DNA of 64,000 nucleotides from a virus. Its lineage: Duplodnaviria; Heunggongvirae; Uroviricota; Caudoviricetes. The stretch's first letter is position 1. The number at the start of each line of letters is the position of its first letter. Shown piece after piece: positions 1-14,300 of this stretch. The stretch lies in the IMG/VR virus record IMGVR_UViG_3300029705_000018. The stretch is one strand, 5' to 3'. Under the pieces are notes generated by a model that saw nothing but the letters and a program-made list of their open reading frames with translations, had not been told where the DNA came from and did no database searches. The position numbers and the translations under genes are program-made.

Positions 1-1155
1 GAAAATGCAATAATGGATTCTAAATTTAAAAACTTAGATGGTTTGGGTAAAGAAAATTTTCAAACTGTAATAGATTCATTTGAAGGAGACGAAGCAGATA
101 GAATCAATGAAATGATAGAGCACTTTGTCACGACAATGAATAGATTTTATTGGGCAAGTAAAGATGAATAGAAAAGTCAAAATGCATGGAAATATTTACA
201 AAATGCTTTAAAAGCCTTAGAAAAATCATTAACTGAATTAATGACTGAATTAAACATTTCTTCTGTAAATGAATTTGGAAATCAAACTGTAATGGGAGCA
301 ACTCTTGAAAAAGTTCAAACTGCATTAAATGCTTGCGGCATTACTTCATTTGATAGTGGTGTTGTAAATGAATTTTTAAAAAATGTAAATCAAATGAAGG
401 GTGATACATTAGAAGAATTAGGTGTTGCTTTTTTTAGAAAATTAAAGATCCCAAATATTGAAAGTATTCGTTTAGGTAGTGTTTATTTAAATACAGATGG
501 TAGAAAAGGTAGACATAGAGGTTAGTTAATTCAAGACTTAATTGCTTTTGATATTACTAGTCCAGATATTTTAAATGATATAGAGGTTGAATATCGTCCA
601 GTAGGATCTGATAAATATATAAAAGCTCCTTTGTCTAAATTATTTTAGGATATAGAAGCCGCCAATGGTCAAAATAAATAGATTTCAATCACAGATGAGA
701 CTTATGACGTACTTACTAATTTACAATCTATTAATATTCAGGCTAAGTCTGGTAAGAATCAGTTGCCATGGAACTAGAATGCTTCTACAAGTGTTTCTAT
801 TGGCGAATATGGTGAAGATAATTTAGATATATCAGTACGAAGAACTTTTTAGTTATTGAGTACTTTAAATGATGCTGAAAATGAAAAATAGCCTTGGGTT
901 GTAAAAGATAGCAGTCCTGACTACAATGCCTTAGCAAATTACGGTCTTGCTACTGTTATGCATAAAGTTTTACATTTATCAGAAGAGGGCAACCAGTATG
1001 TTTTAACTCCTTACGGCTTTATGACATTCTCTAAAAGAATGGAACAGCTATTAAAAACTGAAAATTATATTGCTTTAATTCAAGGTAATGTTGTTCTAGA
1101 AGGCGATAAGACTATGACTGATAAGCGTAAGGTTGGTATTACCAAAGGAAATTAA
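1..1155 (+). CDS. Phage structural protein, 5' partial. Frame 1 is continuous from position 1 to the TAA at 1153-1155 once TAG is read as sense. There are 7 in-frame TAGs at 169, 523, 646, 679, 775, 850 and 889.
   Basis: ORF-track fragments 241..525 and 958..1155 are both in frame 1. Manual translation of the gaps finds only TAG interruptions and no TAA or TGA. Position upstream of the tail genes. Confidence 0.6.
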
Positions 1156-1158
1156 AAT

Positions 1159-1187
1159 TTGACTCGCTCAAATTTTTTTGATATAAT
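1159..1187 (+). promoter_or_regulatory. Sigma-70/sigma-A consensus promoter TTGACT-N17-TATAAT with extended -10 TG
   Basis: TTGACT cgctcaaatttttttga TATAAT, read directly from the sequence. Lies upstream of gene 1218. Confidence 0.7.
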
Positions 1188-1217
1188 ATATAAAAAGAGA
1201 TAAAGGAGTGTTTATAA

Positions 1218-1757
1218 ATGGCAAAAATTCCATTTTCTAAACTTGATATGAAAATCAATTCTCGTGATTTTGTTATGTGTCACGAAAATTCAAAGGGAGA
1301 AGTTATCCAGTATGAAGTAAAAAACTATCTTCCTATTAAAGAAAAAATGGATTTAGTTTCTCGTATTATTAATCAGTCTACTGATGATAATGGTTTCTAT
1401 AATCCTATGAGAGTAAAGTTATATACTACTTTAGAAATGGTATATACTTATACTAATTTAACTTTCACTCCAAAGCAGAAAGAAGATCCTTTTAAATTGT
1501 ATGATTTATTAGTAAGTACCGGTTTATATAATGATATTACTAGTCATATTTGTACTGAAGATTTAGAGGAATTGGAAGGAAGTATTTGGGATACTATTAA
1601 AAGTATTTATAATTATCGTAATTCTGCTATGGGTATTTTAGAAAATATTACTGCAGATTATAGTAATTTAAATTTAGATGCAACTGAAATTCAGAGTAAG
1701 TTAGCTGATCCAAATAATATGGCTTTATTAAAGGATGTATTGGCTAAATTGGGCTAA
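1218..1757 (+). CDS. Hypothetical protein of 179 aa, possibly a tail assembly protein (it sits directly upstream of the tape-measure gene). No TAG; ends with TAA.
   Basis: Intact ORF. RBS AAAGGAG 8 nt upstream. A consensus promoter lies at 1159..1187. Confidence 0.7.
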   Translation: MAKIPFSKLDMKINSRDFVMCHENSKGEVIQYEVKNYLPIKEKMDLVSRIINQSTDDNGFYNPMRVKLYTTLEMVYTYTNLTFTPKQKEDPFKLYDLLVSTGLYNDITSHICTEDLEELEGSIWDTIKSIYNYRNSAMGILENITADYSNLNLDATEIQSKLADPNNMALLKDVLAKLG

Positions 1758-1804
1758 TTACATTTATTAACCTATCTAGATTTTCAATCTATTTAGGAAT
1801 AATC

Positions 1805-1847
1805 GCCGGTTAGATTATTTCAATCTAACCGGCTTATTTTTATTTTG
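1805..1847 (+). terminator. Rho-independent terminator
   Basis: Hairpin gccggttagattatttcaatctaaccggc followed by a T-run. Confidence 0.7.
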
Positions 1848-1881
1848 CAAAATAAAAATTGGAGAGAAAGGAGTATTTTAA

Positions 1882-4800
1882 ATGGCTAAACAGTTAAATG
1901 TAGATTTGCGATTTACGGCAAGTAATACACAAGCTAAACAGCAAATCCAAGATTTACAAAGTGCTTTAAATAATTTAATGACTACTGCAAGTAAAAATAC
2001 CACAGGCCTTGGTATTACTAAAGATATAGCTTAGGCAACTAATGAAGTCGCTAAATTATAGGCAATGTTAGAGTCTTCTAAAAATGCATCTGGTGGTTTA
2101 GATTTAGGTAAATTTAATCAGAGCTTAAGTTAGGGACAAACAAAAATTTCTGATTATGCCAGAACTCTAAGTTCTTTAGGTCCATAGGGAGATCAAGCTT
2201 TTGCTAAATTAGCAAAAGCAATTATTAACGCTGAAGTTCCTTTAAAAAGAACAAATAGTGTATTAAAAGAATTTAAAACTTCTCTTATGAATACTGCTAG
2301 ATGGCAATTGTCTTCTAGTATGTTACATGGTTTTATGGGAGCGGTACAATCTGCCTATGGTTACGCGCAAGATTTAAATGAATCTTTAAATAATATTCGT
2401 ATTGTTACTGGAGCAAATATTGATGAAATGTCACGATTTGCAAAAGAAGCTAATGCGGCAGCTTAGGCTTTAAGCACAACTACTACAGAATATACTAACG
2501 CTTCTTTGATTTTTTATCAATAGGGTTTAAGTGATGAAGAAGTTGCCAAGAGAACAGAAGTAACTGTAAAAATGGCAAATGCCGCAGGTGAAAGTGCTTA
2601 GAAAATTTCTGATCAATTAACTGCTGTTTGGAATAACTTCTATGACGGTTCCAAATCTTTGGAATATTATGCTGATGTTATGACTGCTCTTGGTGCAGCA
2701 ACTGCATCTAGTACTGATGAAATTGCAGGCGGTTTAGAAAAGTTTGCGGCAATTGGTTAGACTATTGGTTTAAGTTATGAATATGCTGCTTCTGCATTAG
2801 CAACTATTACTTCTAACACTCGTCAAAGTGAAGAAGTTGTTGGTACTGCATTAAAAACTATTTTTGCACGTATTCAAGGTTTAAATTTAGGTGAAACTCT
2901 TGAAGATGGAACTTCTTTAAATAAATATTCAGAAGCTTTATCAAAAATTGGAATTAGCATTTTTGAGTAGAATGGCGAAATCAAAAAGATGGATAACATT
3001 CTAAATGAAATGGCTGAAAAATGGGGAACTTTAGCGAAGGATCAACAAATTGCTTTAGCATAGACTGTTGCTGGCGTTCGTCAATATACTTAGCTAATTG
3101 CTTTAATGGATAACTGGAATGCTGGAGATTCTGATAGTATGACAGCTAACTTAAATACTGCTTATAATGCCACTGGCACTTTACAAGAACAAGCAGATAT
3201 TTATGCAGAATCTTGGGAAGCTGCAAAAGATAGAGTTACTGCAGCGGCAGAAGAAATTTATAACCAATTATTGAACGATGAATTTTTTATTGATTTAAAT
3301 AATGGTTTTGCAGGTTTCTTAAATATTATCTCTGATACTATCGACACTCTTGGTGGATTACCTGGAGTACTTACTGTTGCATCTAGCCTCATGATTAAAA
3401 TGTTTGGTAAAGATATGGCAAAAGCGATTGATGATTGGGGATATAATATTAAATTGCGCTCTAAAGAGGGCGTTTAGTCTTTAATGGAGCTTAGAGAGCA
3501 AGCAAAAAATTCTTTAAAAACAATGTATGCAGATAATGTAGACACTGGTCCTATAAATTCTGCATCTCAAATTGCTTTCAGTGAATATGCTTCTTTAACA
3601 GATGTAGTATTAGCAAAACAAAAAGAATTAACTGCTCAAGGTTAGATGCTTTCAGAAGAAAATCAAAAGCAAGTTCAATATTTATTACAAGCAAATGAAG
3701 CATATGGAGAGCAAGCAATTCTTGCTGCAAAATCTTTAGAGGCAGCTGAACAGTAGACTCGAGAAAATGAGATGCAATTAAGATATGCTGTTTAGAAGCA
3801 AAATACAAAAAATCCTGAAGACAAAAAAGTTGATTTTAAAACAACTTTAAAACCTCAGATTGATGAAGCTCAAAAAGCTTAGATGTAGTATTCTTCTTTG
3901 TATGATGTTTTTTTGAAATTAAAACAATTACAAAATAAAGGTTTAGATAGTGCAACAATAATTAAAGAACTGACTGAAATGAGTAATTAGGCTAAAGCGG
4001 CAGGCCTTGATATTTCACATTTTGATGCCATTTTACACTCTTTAAATAACGGAGATAGCGTAGTAGTTACTTTAAATGCAATTGAAAGCAATTTAGATGA
4101 TCTTGCATTGGAAGCTTTAAATACTGCAGAAACTGTTAAAAATTCTTTAACTGGAATGGGAATGGATGGCACTCAAGTTGATGCAATTCTTGATTAGTTA
4201 ATTGAATCTTGGAGACAGCAAGGTATTGTTACTGCGGATTTAGCAGAAAAATTAAAAAATATAAAAGTTAATGGAGATGCTGCGGCAGAAGCTATTAGTG
4301 GAATGCAAGGTCCTCCACCAACTGTCGGCCAGAAATTTATGGCAGTTGCAAATACAATTAGTAATATTGCTATGAGTATTAATGTAGTAAAAGGATTAAT
4401 TGATACTTGGAATAATGAAGATATGAGTTTTGGAGAGAAATTACTTTCCACTTTTACATCTCTTGGAATGGTTATTCCAATGGTTACAACTGCTTTTACT
4501 GGAAACAATCTTGCAATGTTAGGTAGTGTTTCTTCTTCTATTGTTGCAGCAGCAGGTTTTGATGGTGTTGCTATTTCTGCAAAAGTTGCTGCAGGTGGTG
4601 TTGGAGCATTGTGGGCAGCTTTATGGCCTATTGCATTAGTAGTTGCAGGCTTGACGTTAGTAATTACTGCATTAGCAGCTGGAGTAAAATATTTATCTGA
4701 TGAATATAATAAAGATGCTATTGCTGCTAACAAAGCTGCTGAAGCAGCAAATAATTTGAAAGAAGCATATGAAGAAACTAAGAAATCTTATGAAGATATG

Positions 4801-7800
4801 ATTTCTGCTATGGAAAATTATCAAAGTGCTAGAGACAGTCTTGATAATTTAACTAAGGGTACTGAAGCATATCGAGATGCCTTAAACGGAGCGAATGAAG
4901 CAGCTTTACAATTAATTAAAGCTGGTAATTTGATTCGTGGAGAAGATTACGATATTGTCGGTGGAGAAATCATTATTAAACAAGAATCAATTGATGCGGC
5001 TAAAGAAAATCAATATGGAAAAGTTCAAGAAGCATATGCTGCAAGTACAATGGCAAATGCAAATGCTAGTCGTTTAAAAGCTGAGGCAGATCAAACTAAA
5101 CTTACTCGAACTGATGATAAATCTATTTGGTAGGGCGTAGTTGAAGGTATGGTCACAGGAATGGCTGCAATGATGATTACTGGTAATGCTCCAGCAGTTT
5201 TAGCAGGTGCATTAACGGGTGGAGTTGTTGGAGCTATTGATACTGCTCTTATAAATAAAGCTAGTAATGAAGCACAACAAAAACAAATTGATGATTTAGT
5301 AGCTCTTTATGATGAAATGGGAGAAGCTGCTTTTGATTCTGTAGAACTTCAAAAATTAGGCATTGATACTGCTAATGAAGAATATATTAATTCTTTAAAA
5401 GAAATTGTTCGTGCTACCCATCAGGCTGCAGAAGAAATGGAAGTCGCCGCTGAGTTAGCCGCAACCTCTATTTTGAGTCAAGATGAGCGTTTTGCAAAGT
5501 CTCAAGATAGTGAAGAATTATATGCAGCAAGTGGAGAAATATATAATAAATTATATCAAGATAATTTAAAAAAATATCAAGAAGTTGATATTGCCAATTG
5601 GGTAGGAGCTGGAACTGAAGATGCTAAAGATTTATGGAATAAATATTTAGAGGCTTCTGGCTTAGACGAACTAAGAGGAATTAAAGCCACCAATTTTAGA
5701 AAAGATAATACTGTTGACTATGAGTATTATGATGAAGAGGGTAAGAAGCAAGAAGCTAATGTTGATTTGGCTACAATGGCTGCGGCAGTTGCAGCTGCAG
5801 AAGCAAATAATTTATTAGCTGATTCAGCAAATGTATTACTAGGAATATTTAATGAATTAAATAATTCTGGTAATGAAGCTGCTTAGGCATTAAAAAATAT
5901 TATCGCTTATGAAAATGTTGAAAAATCAACTAGAGCTGAGTTTGATGATTTAAAAAATGAATATGAATCAGCAGAAGATAAAACTGCTTATTTAAATGAA
6001 GCTTTTGGTGGTGCTGATGGTGTTATTGATGAAGCTGAATTAAAGGCTTTGGGGTATGATTCCATAGAAGCTTTATAGGCAGGAATTGAATAGGCCATTG
6101 AAGATGGTGAAGATGCTTGGGATGATGTTGGTAAACATTTAACTAGCACTGCAAAAAAAGCATTTAAAAATTCTATGGATTCTGGTATTTTTGATGATTT
6201 GACTTTAGAACAAACTAATCAAATGGCAGATCTCTTCCAAGATGCTTTCGCCAAGGGTGGAGTTGAAGGTTTAGATTCTCTATAGAATAGTTTAAATGTA
6301 ATGTTTGAGAAGTCTGGTCAAGATGCTGGAAAAATGGCTGCAATCTTAGCAAATGTTGATTGGCAAACTACTAATATTGAAGATTTAACTGCAATTTTAG
6401 AAGACGCAGGCATTGAAACTGATGGTTTTGCTAATGAGCTAGAAAACTTAATAGACTTAATGCAAGAGGGTCAAAACATTGGTTTTGACGGTGCGGCCGA
6501 TATTTATAAAACTGCTCATGAGATTATTGATGATCTTAAAACTGGAGATACTATTTCTAGTGAAGATTATGATAATCTTAAAACTATGGGCATTAATATG
6601 TCTGACTATTTTGTTCAAATGGCAGATGGGTCTTATAAATTAACTGCTGATGCAAAAGAATTCTATGATGTTGTTAATGCTAAAACTTTAGAACAATTCC
6701 AAAATAATATTGACGCTTTACGCGGTCAAAAAGCAGATGTAAATAATTTACAAAATAGTACCTATGATAAGGATTCTATTGCTACAATGGATACTAATAT
6801 GATAGGTATGATTAAACAAGATAATGATAAATTAGGAGATCAATTAACTTTCTTAAAAGCAATTGGTTCTGATTTAGAAAATCTTGATAGCTATATTCAA
6901 GAGATTGAAGCTGGTAGACAATTAACCCAACGTCAATTAAGAGAAATTCGCAACGAACTTGAAGAAAATGCTTGGCAATGGGATAATTTATCTCAAGTAA
7001 CTGAAGGGTTTGATGCAGAAATCCAACGTAATATGGATGCATATGCTATGTCTGCAACTACAGTTGGAGATTTAAATGATATGCTTCGCGAAGGATTAAT
7101 TAATGCTGAAGCATATAATAAAGCAATTGAATCCGTAATGGATGTGGAATTTGAGGCTGAAGGGTTAGATGTAGAAGCCGCTAATGATGTAGCAGATGCT
7201 TTCCGTGAAATGGCAGATGCTGGTGAAGCAGGCACAGAAGCTTTAAAAGACAATGAAGAAGCTGTTAAAGATGCTACTGTTCGTTATATGGAACTTAACG
7301 AAGCTATTACTGATATTTATGATAATTATGATGATTATATAGATGTTTTAAAAGCAGCAAGAAAAGCTTCAACTCCTTTAGAAAAAGCTAACCTATTAAA
7401 TGAAAAATCTGCTAGATCTTTAAGAACTTCTTTGGCAGGTTTGCTTGGCACTACAGAAGATTTAATTGATGCAGATTTAATGGCAGCAATTAATCCAGCA
7501 GATTTCGAAGCAGCTGCAAACGGTAGTGTTGAAGCTATTGATAGAATTAGAGAGGCTTTTATAAAATTATAGATTGAAGGTATTGATGGAATTACACTTG
7601 ATGGCTTAATGGCTGAATTAAATGCATTTAATGATGGTGCTTATATTGATTTAGACAATATGCCAATGCTATGGTCTTTAATTGAAGCAAAGGTTGCCGC
7701 AGGTGCAACTGCAGCTGACATTGAAGCTTTGTTAAGTGGTTTGAACATCGATGCTGATGTTAGTGATTTCTATGGTACGATGGAAGAAATGGCAGCTATT

Positions 7801-10800
7801 GCAGAGCAAGCTGGTTCTCGTGTAGTACAAGCTACTTCTTTCTCTCAAACATCAACGACTGAAACTGAAGCTACTCCACGTACAGTTGATAATGTAAATT
7901 TCACTGAAACTGTTACAACTACTAATCATCCGTCTATTGCGGCAGTGCCTATGACAAATGGTTTTGGACCATTAATTTATGGTACTAATATGGTTAGTTA
8001 TTAGAAGTCTGTAAGTGTTGATCCAGTAAGTTATCAAACTCAAGATACTGCAACTGCTACTGAAGTTGTCACTGAGAACGCTGCGGGTGAAGAAGGTAAA
8101 GTTCGTGGTATTTAGATAAATGGTGCTCATAAAGCTCCAACTGCTTCTAGAACTCCAAGTCCAACTAATACAACCAGAAAACCTGTATCATCAGGCAGTG
8201 GCGGTGGTGGTAGTAGTGGTAGTAAAGCAAAAGAACCTTCTAAACCAAAATAGATGGATACCACTAAACAAACTGATGTAGTAAAAAGATATAAAGAAAT
8301 TGATGATGCGCTTGATGATTTATCTGATGAATATGATAGAGCTTCTAAATCTGCAGATAGATTATGGGGCGAACATCGTTTAGATGCTCTTCGTGAACAA
8401 AATGCTTTAATTGAAGAGTAGCAAGAATTGTTAGCTGAAAAATAGCGTCAAGCAGAACGCTATATGAAACAAGATCAAGTTGCTTTACAATAGGCTGCAG
8501 CTGCAGCGGGATTAGCCTTCTCATTTGATGATAAAGGTAATATTACTAATTACACTGACTAGATGACTGTCCTTTATAATCAGTTAGCTGCCGCAGAATC
8601 TCGTTACAATTCTCTTGCTACTGGTGAAGCTCAAGAGTCTTATGAAGAAACTATTCTTGACCCTCTAAAAAATAAGATCCAAAACATTGAAGATGCAATG
8701 GAGTTATACGAAGAGAGTAAAGAATTATTTGAAGAATTGGGTATTAACATTGAAGATCTTCAAGATTAGATTATGCAAAATAATTATGATATTATAATGG
8801 ACGGTTTAGAGCTTCATATTGGTTTTAATGAAGAAGATTTAGAAATAATTAATTATTATTTATCTAAGATTGAAGATGATTTTTATTCTATGGCTGAAGC
8901 TGCTGCTTTAATAGCAAATCCAAAAGGAAATAGTCAATTGACTGAGTATATTTCTAATTTAGAAGAATATGAATCTTCTCTTCAAGGATTAAATAAAGCT
9001 TATGTCGCAGGAGAAATTACTGAAGCAATGTATCAAGAAGGCTTAGAAGAAGTCCGTTCTGGTATTAGAGATAATTTAAGTTCTTTAGTTGAATTAGATA
9101 ATACTATGAAAGAGTATTATAGTAAAACTCTAAATATGGCCTAGGAAGAATTAGCGAAGTATACTGACCGTATGGAGCATCAAACTGAAGTTCTAGAACA
9201 TTATCAATCTTTAATGGAAATTCTTGGCAAAGAAACTGACTATAACGGTTTAGGAATTATTCTTGAAGGTCAAGCAAAAACTATTGAAAATCAAATGAAG
9301 GTTGCTAAAGAAGCATATGCTATGTATCAATCTGAAGCAGATGAAAAGAAGAAATTGCTTGATTAGGCTATTGCCACAGGAAATACTGAAGCTGCAGAAG
9401 TATATCAGAAAGAATGGGAAGCTGCTAATGCTGCTGCCATGGAAGCTCAACAAGATATGCTTGATAAAACTGAAGAGTGGGCTGATGCATTACGAGCAAT
9501 ACTGGAGAATAAACTATCTGGTTTCGCTCAAAATTTAGAGAACGCTCTGACCGGAGGCACATCTTTTGATACTTTAACTACTTCTATGGAGCGAGCAGCT
9601 AGTCTACAAGAAGAATATTTAACAACGACTAACCAAATTTATGAGACTAATAAGTTGATGCGCGTTGCACAGCAAGCTATTGATAATTCCACTAGTAGTA
9701 TTGCAAAGCAAAAACTAAAAGGATTTATTAATGAAACTAAGCAATTGCAAGATCAAACAAAGTTAAGTAAATACGAGTTAGAAATTCAGCAAGCAAAATA
9801 TAATTTATTATTGGCTGAGATGGCTCTAGAAGATGCTCGTGATGCGAAAACTGTTGTTAGATTAAAGCGTGATAATGAAGGCAATCTTGGTTATGTATAT
9901 ACCGCAGATCAAGATAAGTTGGCCGAAGCGCAACAAGAGTTAGAAGACGCACAAAATAGTTTATATAATATTGGATTGGAAGGCGCTAATGAATATAGTG
10001 AAAAGTATCAGCAAACCATGAGTGAAATGTATGATACATTTACTGAACTCCAAGAGCAGTATTTGAGTGGTGAATTCGAAACTGAAGCTGAATATCAAGA
10101 TGCTATGTTAAAAGCTAAGGAATATTATTATGAAAAATTGAAGAGTTATTCTTCTCTGCATCAAATAGCATTGACTACAGATAGTCGAGTCATTGCAGAT
10201 GCTTGGTCTTCTGATTATAGCGAAATGATTTTCAATACTGAAGATTGGATGCGCGCAGTTACTGAATATGTTGGTAATGTAAATCTTGCATTTGACGAAT
10301 GGGAAGAAAATGTTGATACTATTACTAATGAGACTCTTGGACCAAATCTTGATACTCTTGAAGATAACGTTAAAGATATTACAGATGCTAATGATGCTTT
10401 AACTGATTCTATCGTAAAAGATGGCGGCGTTATTGACGCTATTGAGTCTGAATTGGATCAAGTTAGTGAATTGACTGGTAAATACGCTAATTTAAGACAA
10501 TAGATTCAGGGACTGATTGCGGATCATGAAACTCTTATGGTACGTATTGGCAATGAACCTAATCCTTACACTCCTCCTGGAACTGGTACTTCTGGAAGTT
10601 CTTCTTCTAGCGGAGGTAGTAGTGGAAGTTCTAATTCTGGTAATTCTTCTAGTGGTAGTGGTCGAGGTTCTAGTACAGCAAGCACATCTTCTGGAACTAG
10701 TACTAAAGAAGCAAGTGCTCCAGAATATAGTGACACTACTAAGCAAGGAGTTGCTCTCGCAATTTGGAATGGTGGTTTTGGTTGGGGTAACGGTACTACC

Positions 10801-11271
10801 CGCCGCAACCGGTTGGATGAAAAAGGATTTGATCCCGAAGAAATCCAGCGTATTGTTGATATTACTAATCCTAATGGAGATTGGCGTACTCGTTATGGAA
10901 TTTCTGACTTAAGTAAGTATGCTTATTCTAGTTTTGATACTGGTGGTTATACTGGAGCTTGGGGTTCTTATGGTAAGTTCGCTATGTTACATGAAAAAGA
11001 ATTGATTTTGAATCCAGGTGAAACTGAAAACTTTTTAGCAAGTATGGAAGTATTGCGTAGTATTATCAAGATGATTGACTTACAAAGCACTGCTTCTCAG
11101 CTAGGTGGATTGTTACATAGTCCTGGATATTACGCTCCTCAAACTTCTGAGGTATTAGAGCAAAATGTTCATATTGAAGCTAGCTTCCCTGAAGTAACTG
11201 ATAGATATGAAATTGAAGCTGCTTTGACTTCTATCGTCAATCGTGCTTCTCAATACGCTAACCGTAAATAA
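1882..11271 (+). CDS. Tape-measure-like giant tail protein of about 3,129 aa with 36 in-frame TAG sense codons. Contains an internal hydrophobic transmembrane-like segment (GMVIPMVTTAFTGNNLAMLGSV...LVVAGLTLVITALAAG) and long coiled-coil-like regions. Ends with TAA.
   Basis: Ten ORF-track pieces (3106, 4303, 5149, 6301, 7609, 8563, 8773, 9172, 9439, 10537) are all in frame 1. Every gap was translated by hand and contains only TAG. RBS GAGAAAGGAG before ATG 1882. A terminator follows at 11278. Confidence 0.8.
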
Positions 11272-11277
11272 ATTTTT

Positions 11278-11314
11278 GGGTAGGTTGTAGAAATACAACC
11301 TACCCTTTTTCTTA
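11278..11314 (+). terminator. Rho-independent terminator after the tape-measure gene
   Basis: gggtaggttgtagaaatacaacctaccc followed by tttttc. Confidence 0.75.
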
Positions 11315-11333
11315 TTTGGTCTAATATAAAAAA

Positions 11334-11362
11334 TTGACTTTTCTAAATTTTTATGATATAAT
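11334..11362 (+). promoter_or_regulatory. Sigma-70/sigma-A consensus promoter TTGACT-N17-TATAAT
   Basis: TTGACT tttctaaatttttatga TATAAT. Sits between the terminator at 11278 and gene 11387. Confidence 0.7.
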
Positions 11363-11386
11363 AGATTATAAGAGAGAAAGGAGATA

Positions 11387-14300
11387 TTGGTTGTGGTAAT
11401 AGATTATGCTGAGGAACTGTTAAAAGCAGTTGATATAGTTGTAGAATAGCGTATTCGAAATATCCAAATGGATACTACAATTATTTGTACTGTTACTGAT
11501 AATACAGAAAAGAAAAGTGGCATATATCAGGTAACTGATGGTGCCGCAAAATTTACTGCCAAAACCGATGCCAATAGTAGATATTATAATGTCGGAGATA
11601 CTGTAAGAGTTCTTGCTATTAAAGGCGATTTGGGTAACTGTTATATTAGTGGTAAATATTCTTATAATGATGACAGTGATCCCTTAACTTATATTTCTCC
11701 ATCTGAAACTGTTGTTGATATGACTGATAATCTGATTCCAGGTAAAGTAGATGCTTGGGGCATTACCGCAAATGGCGATGAAACTCAACTTCCTCTTTGG
11801 AGTGTAAATTTATCTAATTCAGATTATAAAGATTTACAAACTAACAGTATTTATAATACTCTTAATCTAAAGGCAGATTTTAAATGTCTTTTATCTAATT
11901 ATAAAATGAAAACAGGTACTTATGGTTTAATTTTACGATTAGATGTTAGACCAACAAATGATAATAGCCAAACAATTAGTCAATGGGTATCATTAGATTC
12001 CACAGATATGTTTGGTAATCCATATGCATTTATGGTATATTCTACACAAGAAGCCACATTCGATATTTCTGGATTGGGCACAATTGAAAGTCTTCAATTA
12101 TTTTTATATCAAAATGATGATTTTGAATTTTATAATGATAAAGGTTTCCCTGAGCGGTTACCTGCGGTTGATTTCAGTAATATTCTTGTGAAGAATATTT
12201 ATTTGAGTTTTGGCTCAGATTTAACTAAAGTAGAAGATAATACTTTACAAATTTATACTGGCGATAGTGCTATTTATAATATTAGCGACGATGGTAGTAA
12301 TTCTCGTGACATCGGATTGCTATGGTATAATAAAGACGAAGATAATACTTATATTGGTTTTAGTGATGGTATTTATGACCCCGGTTATGATGAAATTACT
12401 TATTTAGAAATAAGTGAAGTTGATAGTCGTTTGGTCGCTCAAATGGGCAAGGACGTTCCTAATGATGAAATTGCATTAGGGATTTCAGCTGATATTGAAG
12501 AGGCTCAACCGATTTTCAAAAATCTTCGTAATGCTTTAACAAGAGATTTAAGAAATAACTTAACTTCTTATCGAGATTAGATTCAATCAATTGAGACTTT
12601 TAAAGACGATTTTGAACTTCTGTTATCTGAAATTTCAATTGTCGGTTAGCAAATTGAAGAAGATCAAAAAACTATGACAGAAGAATATGCTACAATTTTA
12701 TCTGCGGCAAAAAAAATTCAAGATGGTATTGTTGTAGCTAAACCAAATCAAACTGTTACAATTGATAAGATAAAAGAAAAAGTAAATTCTGTTATTGGGG
12801 ATACAGATGCTTTATTGTCAGCAACAGAGACTGAAATAAAAGATAAATATACTGGTTTTGTAAGTATATATGATACTTATGAGGCTCGTATTGAAAAAGT
12901 CAAAAAGTCAATTACTGGTTATATCGATCAGCTGAATGCATTATTAGCTGATGATGCCAATAAGATGGATGCTTTCTTCCTGCCAGGTTATAATTTTGAG
13001 CCTTATGGAAGAACTGATTTTAGTGAATATGATAATAAATACTGTATTTACTGGTATCGGTATGAACCTGGTTATGCTAACTTAGAAGAAAGATTCCTTG
13101 AAACAGGATGGCATAGATTATCAAAAAAATTAAATGTTGGATTGCCTTCTGCAAAACTAAGTGAAGATAGTATTTATAATGCTAAAAAAACATTAAATCC
13201 AGAAGGAATTTTAGAAGTAGAATTAGATACTCAATACGTAGAAGAAAAATATATGGCAGTATTATTCTTTAATCATAATATGTATAAGAGTAATATTCTA
13301 ACTTTTACAAATGCAAATCCTCCTGTAGATGAGAAGATTGTAGACTAGGCTGATGCTTGTCGCATTGAGCATGGAGATAACTCTCAACCTTCTTATCAAG
13401 TTTATGGATTAAATAACTTATTAGTAAATGCGGCCGATGGTTATCGTAAACGCGAACTGTTATTGCGCTATGAGGGCTTGACCGCAGGTGATGAAGCATT
13501 ATACGGAGCGCAGATTTTCTGGTACATTCCTAAAAATTCAACTATGTTGAAATATGAACTTGAAGATTTTGACAGTTCTTGGTCTAATGATGAAAAGGCT
13601 ATGCCTGGAGTAACTTCTCCTTATTCTAAGACTGGTTATGTATGCTTCTATAAAACAATCGGTGGTACAGAAAGCACTGACGAAGATGGAAAAGTTCATT
13701 ATGAAATTGCAAATCGAGACAGATATTTTACATACCGCATAAAAGATTATTATTCTCAAAGTTTTACAAATAATACAATTTATTGTAGAGTTGTAAAACC
13801 TAATTATTATGACTGCAATGCAGAGATTTCTTTAATATTTAGTAGCTTTGGTACTTCTGGAACAGATTATACTTTAGTAATTTCTCCTAATACCGCAAAA
13901 GCTGCGGCAGATGGTGTATTAGAAGATGGAGCTAATCTTCCTCTTGGTCTGGCATTATATGATTATGATAATAATCGAATTAAGATTTTGGATAGTGCTC
14001 CGGCAGTTGATAATCCAGATCCATACTTAGCAAGTTTAGAATGGATTGGTCCTACTGGATATTATGCCGCACCAGTCTACAATAGTGATCCTAAAGGATA
14101 TGGTGTTGAAAGAATTAATATCACCTTAAAAGAGAGCGAAGGTCCATTGCAAAAATACTATAATGGTATTTTGAAAGCGACAGTCCCTTACCCTATTGAT
14201 GAATTAGGTGAAATTATCAATTTAATTTCTATTTATACTGTTCCTTATACAGCTGGAAATTATTATATTGAAGGTCCTGGTATTGTAGTTTATAACTCTG

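Noticed and set aside
4194-4733. Antisense and alternative-frame ORFs overlapping the big genes (e.g. 4194..4733 -, 10517..10912 +, 10566..10808 -, 14635..15015 -, 25575..25979 -)
   Set aside because: They are low-complexity translations (poly-Ala/Ser/Leu) of the opposite strand or an off-frame of Gly/Ser-rich or repeat regions. They have no RBS and lie fully inside well-supported genes.
10537-10740. Gly/Ser-rich stretch (GTSGSSSSSGGSSGSSNSGNSSSGSGRGSS) near the tape-measure C-terminus, considered as collagen-like or a separate gene
   Set aside because: It is in frame with the tape-measure gene and has no Gly-X-Y periodicity. Best read as a flexible linker.
1882-11271. The structural region looks like a string of pseudogenes or short ORFs: the ORF track gives 10 pieces for the tape-measure region.
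   Set aside because: All pieces share one frame. Every interruption is TAG and never TAA or TGA. The translation is a coherent tape-measure-like protein. Decay into pseudogenes would produce mixed stop types and frameshifts.
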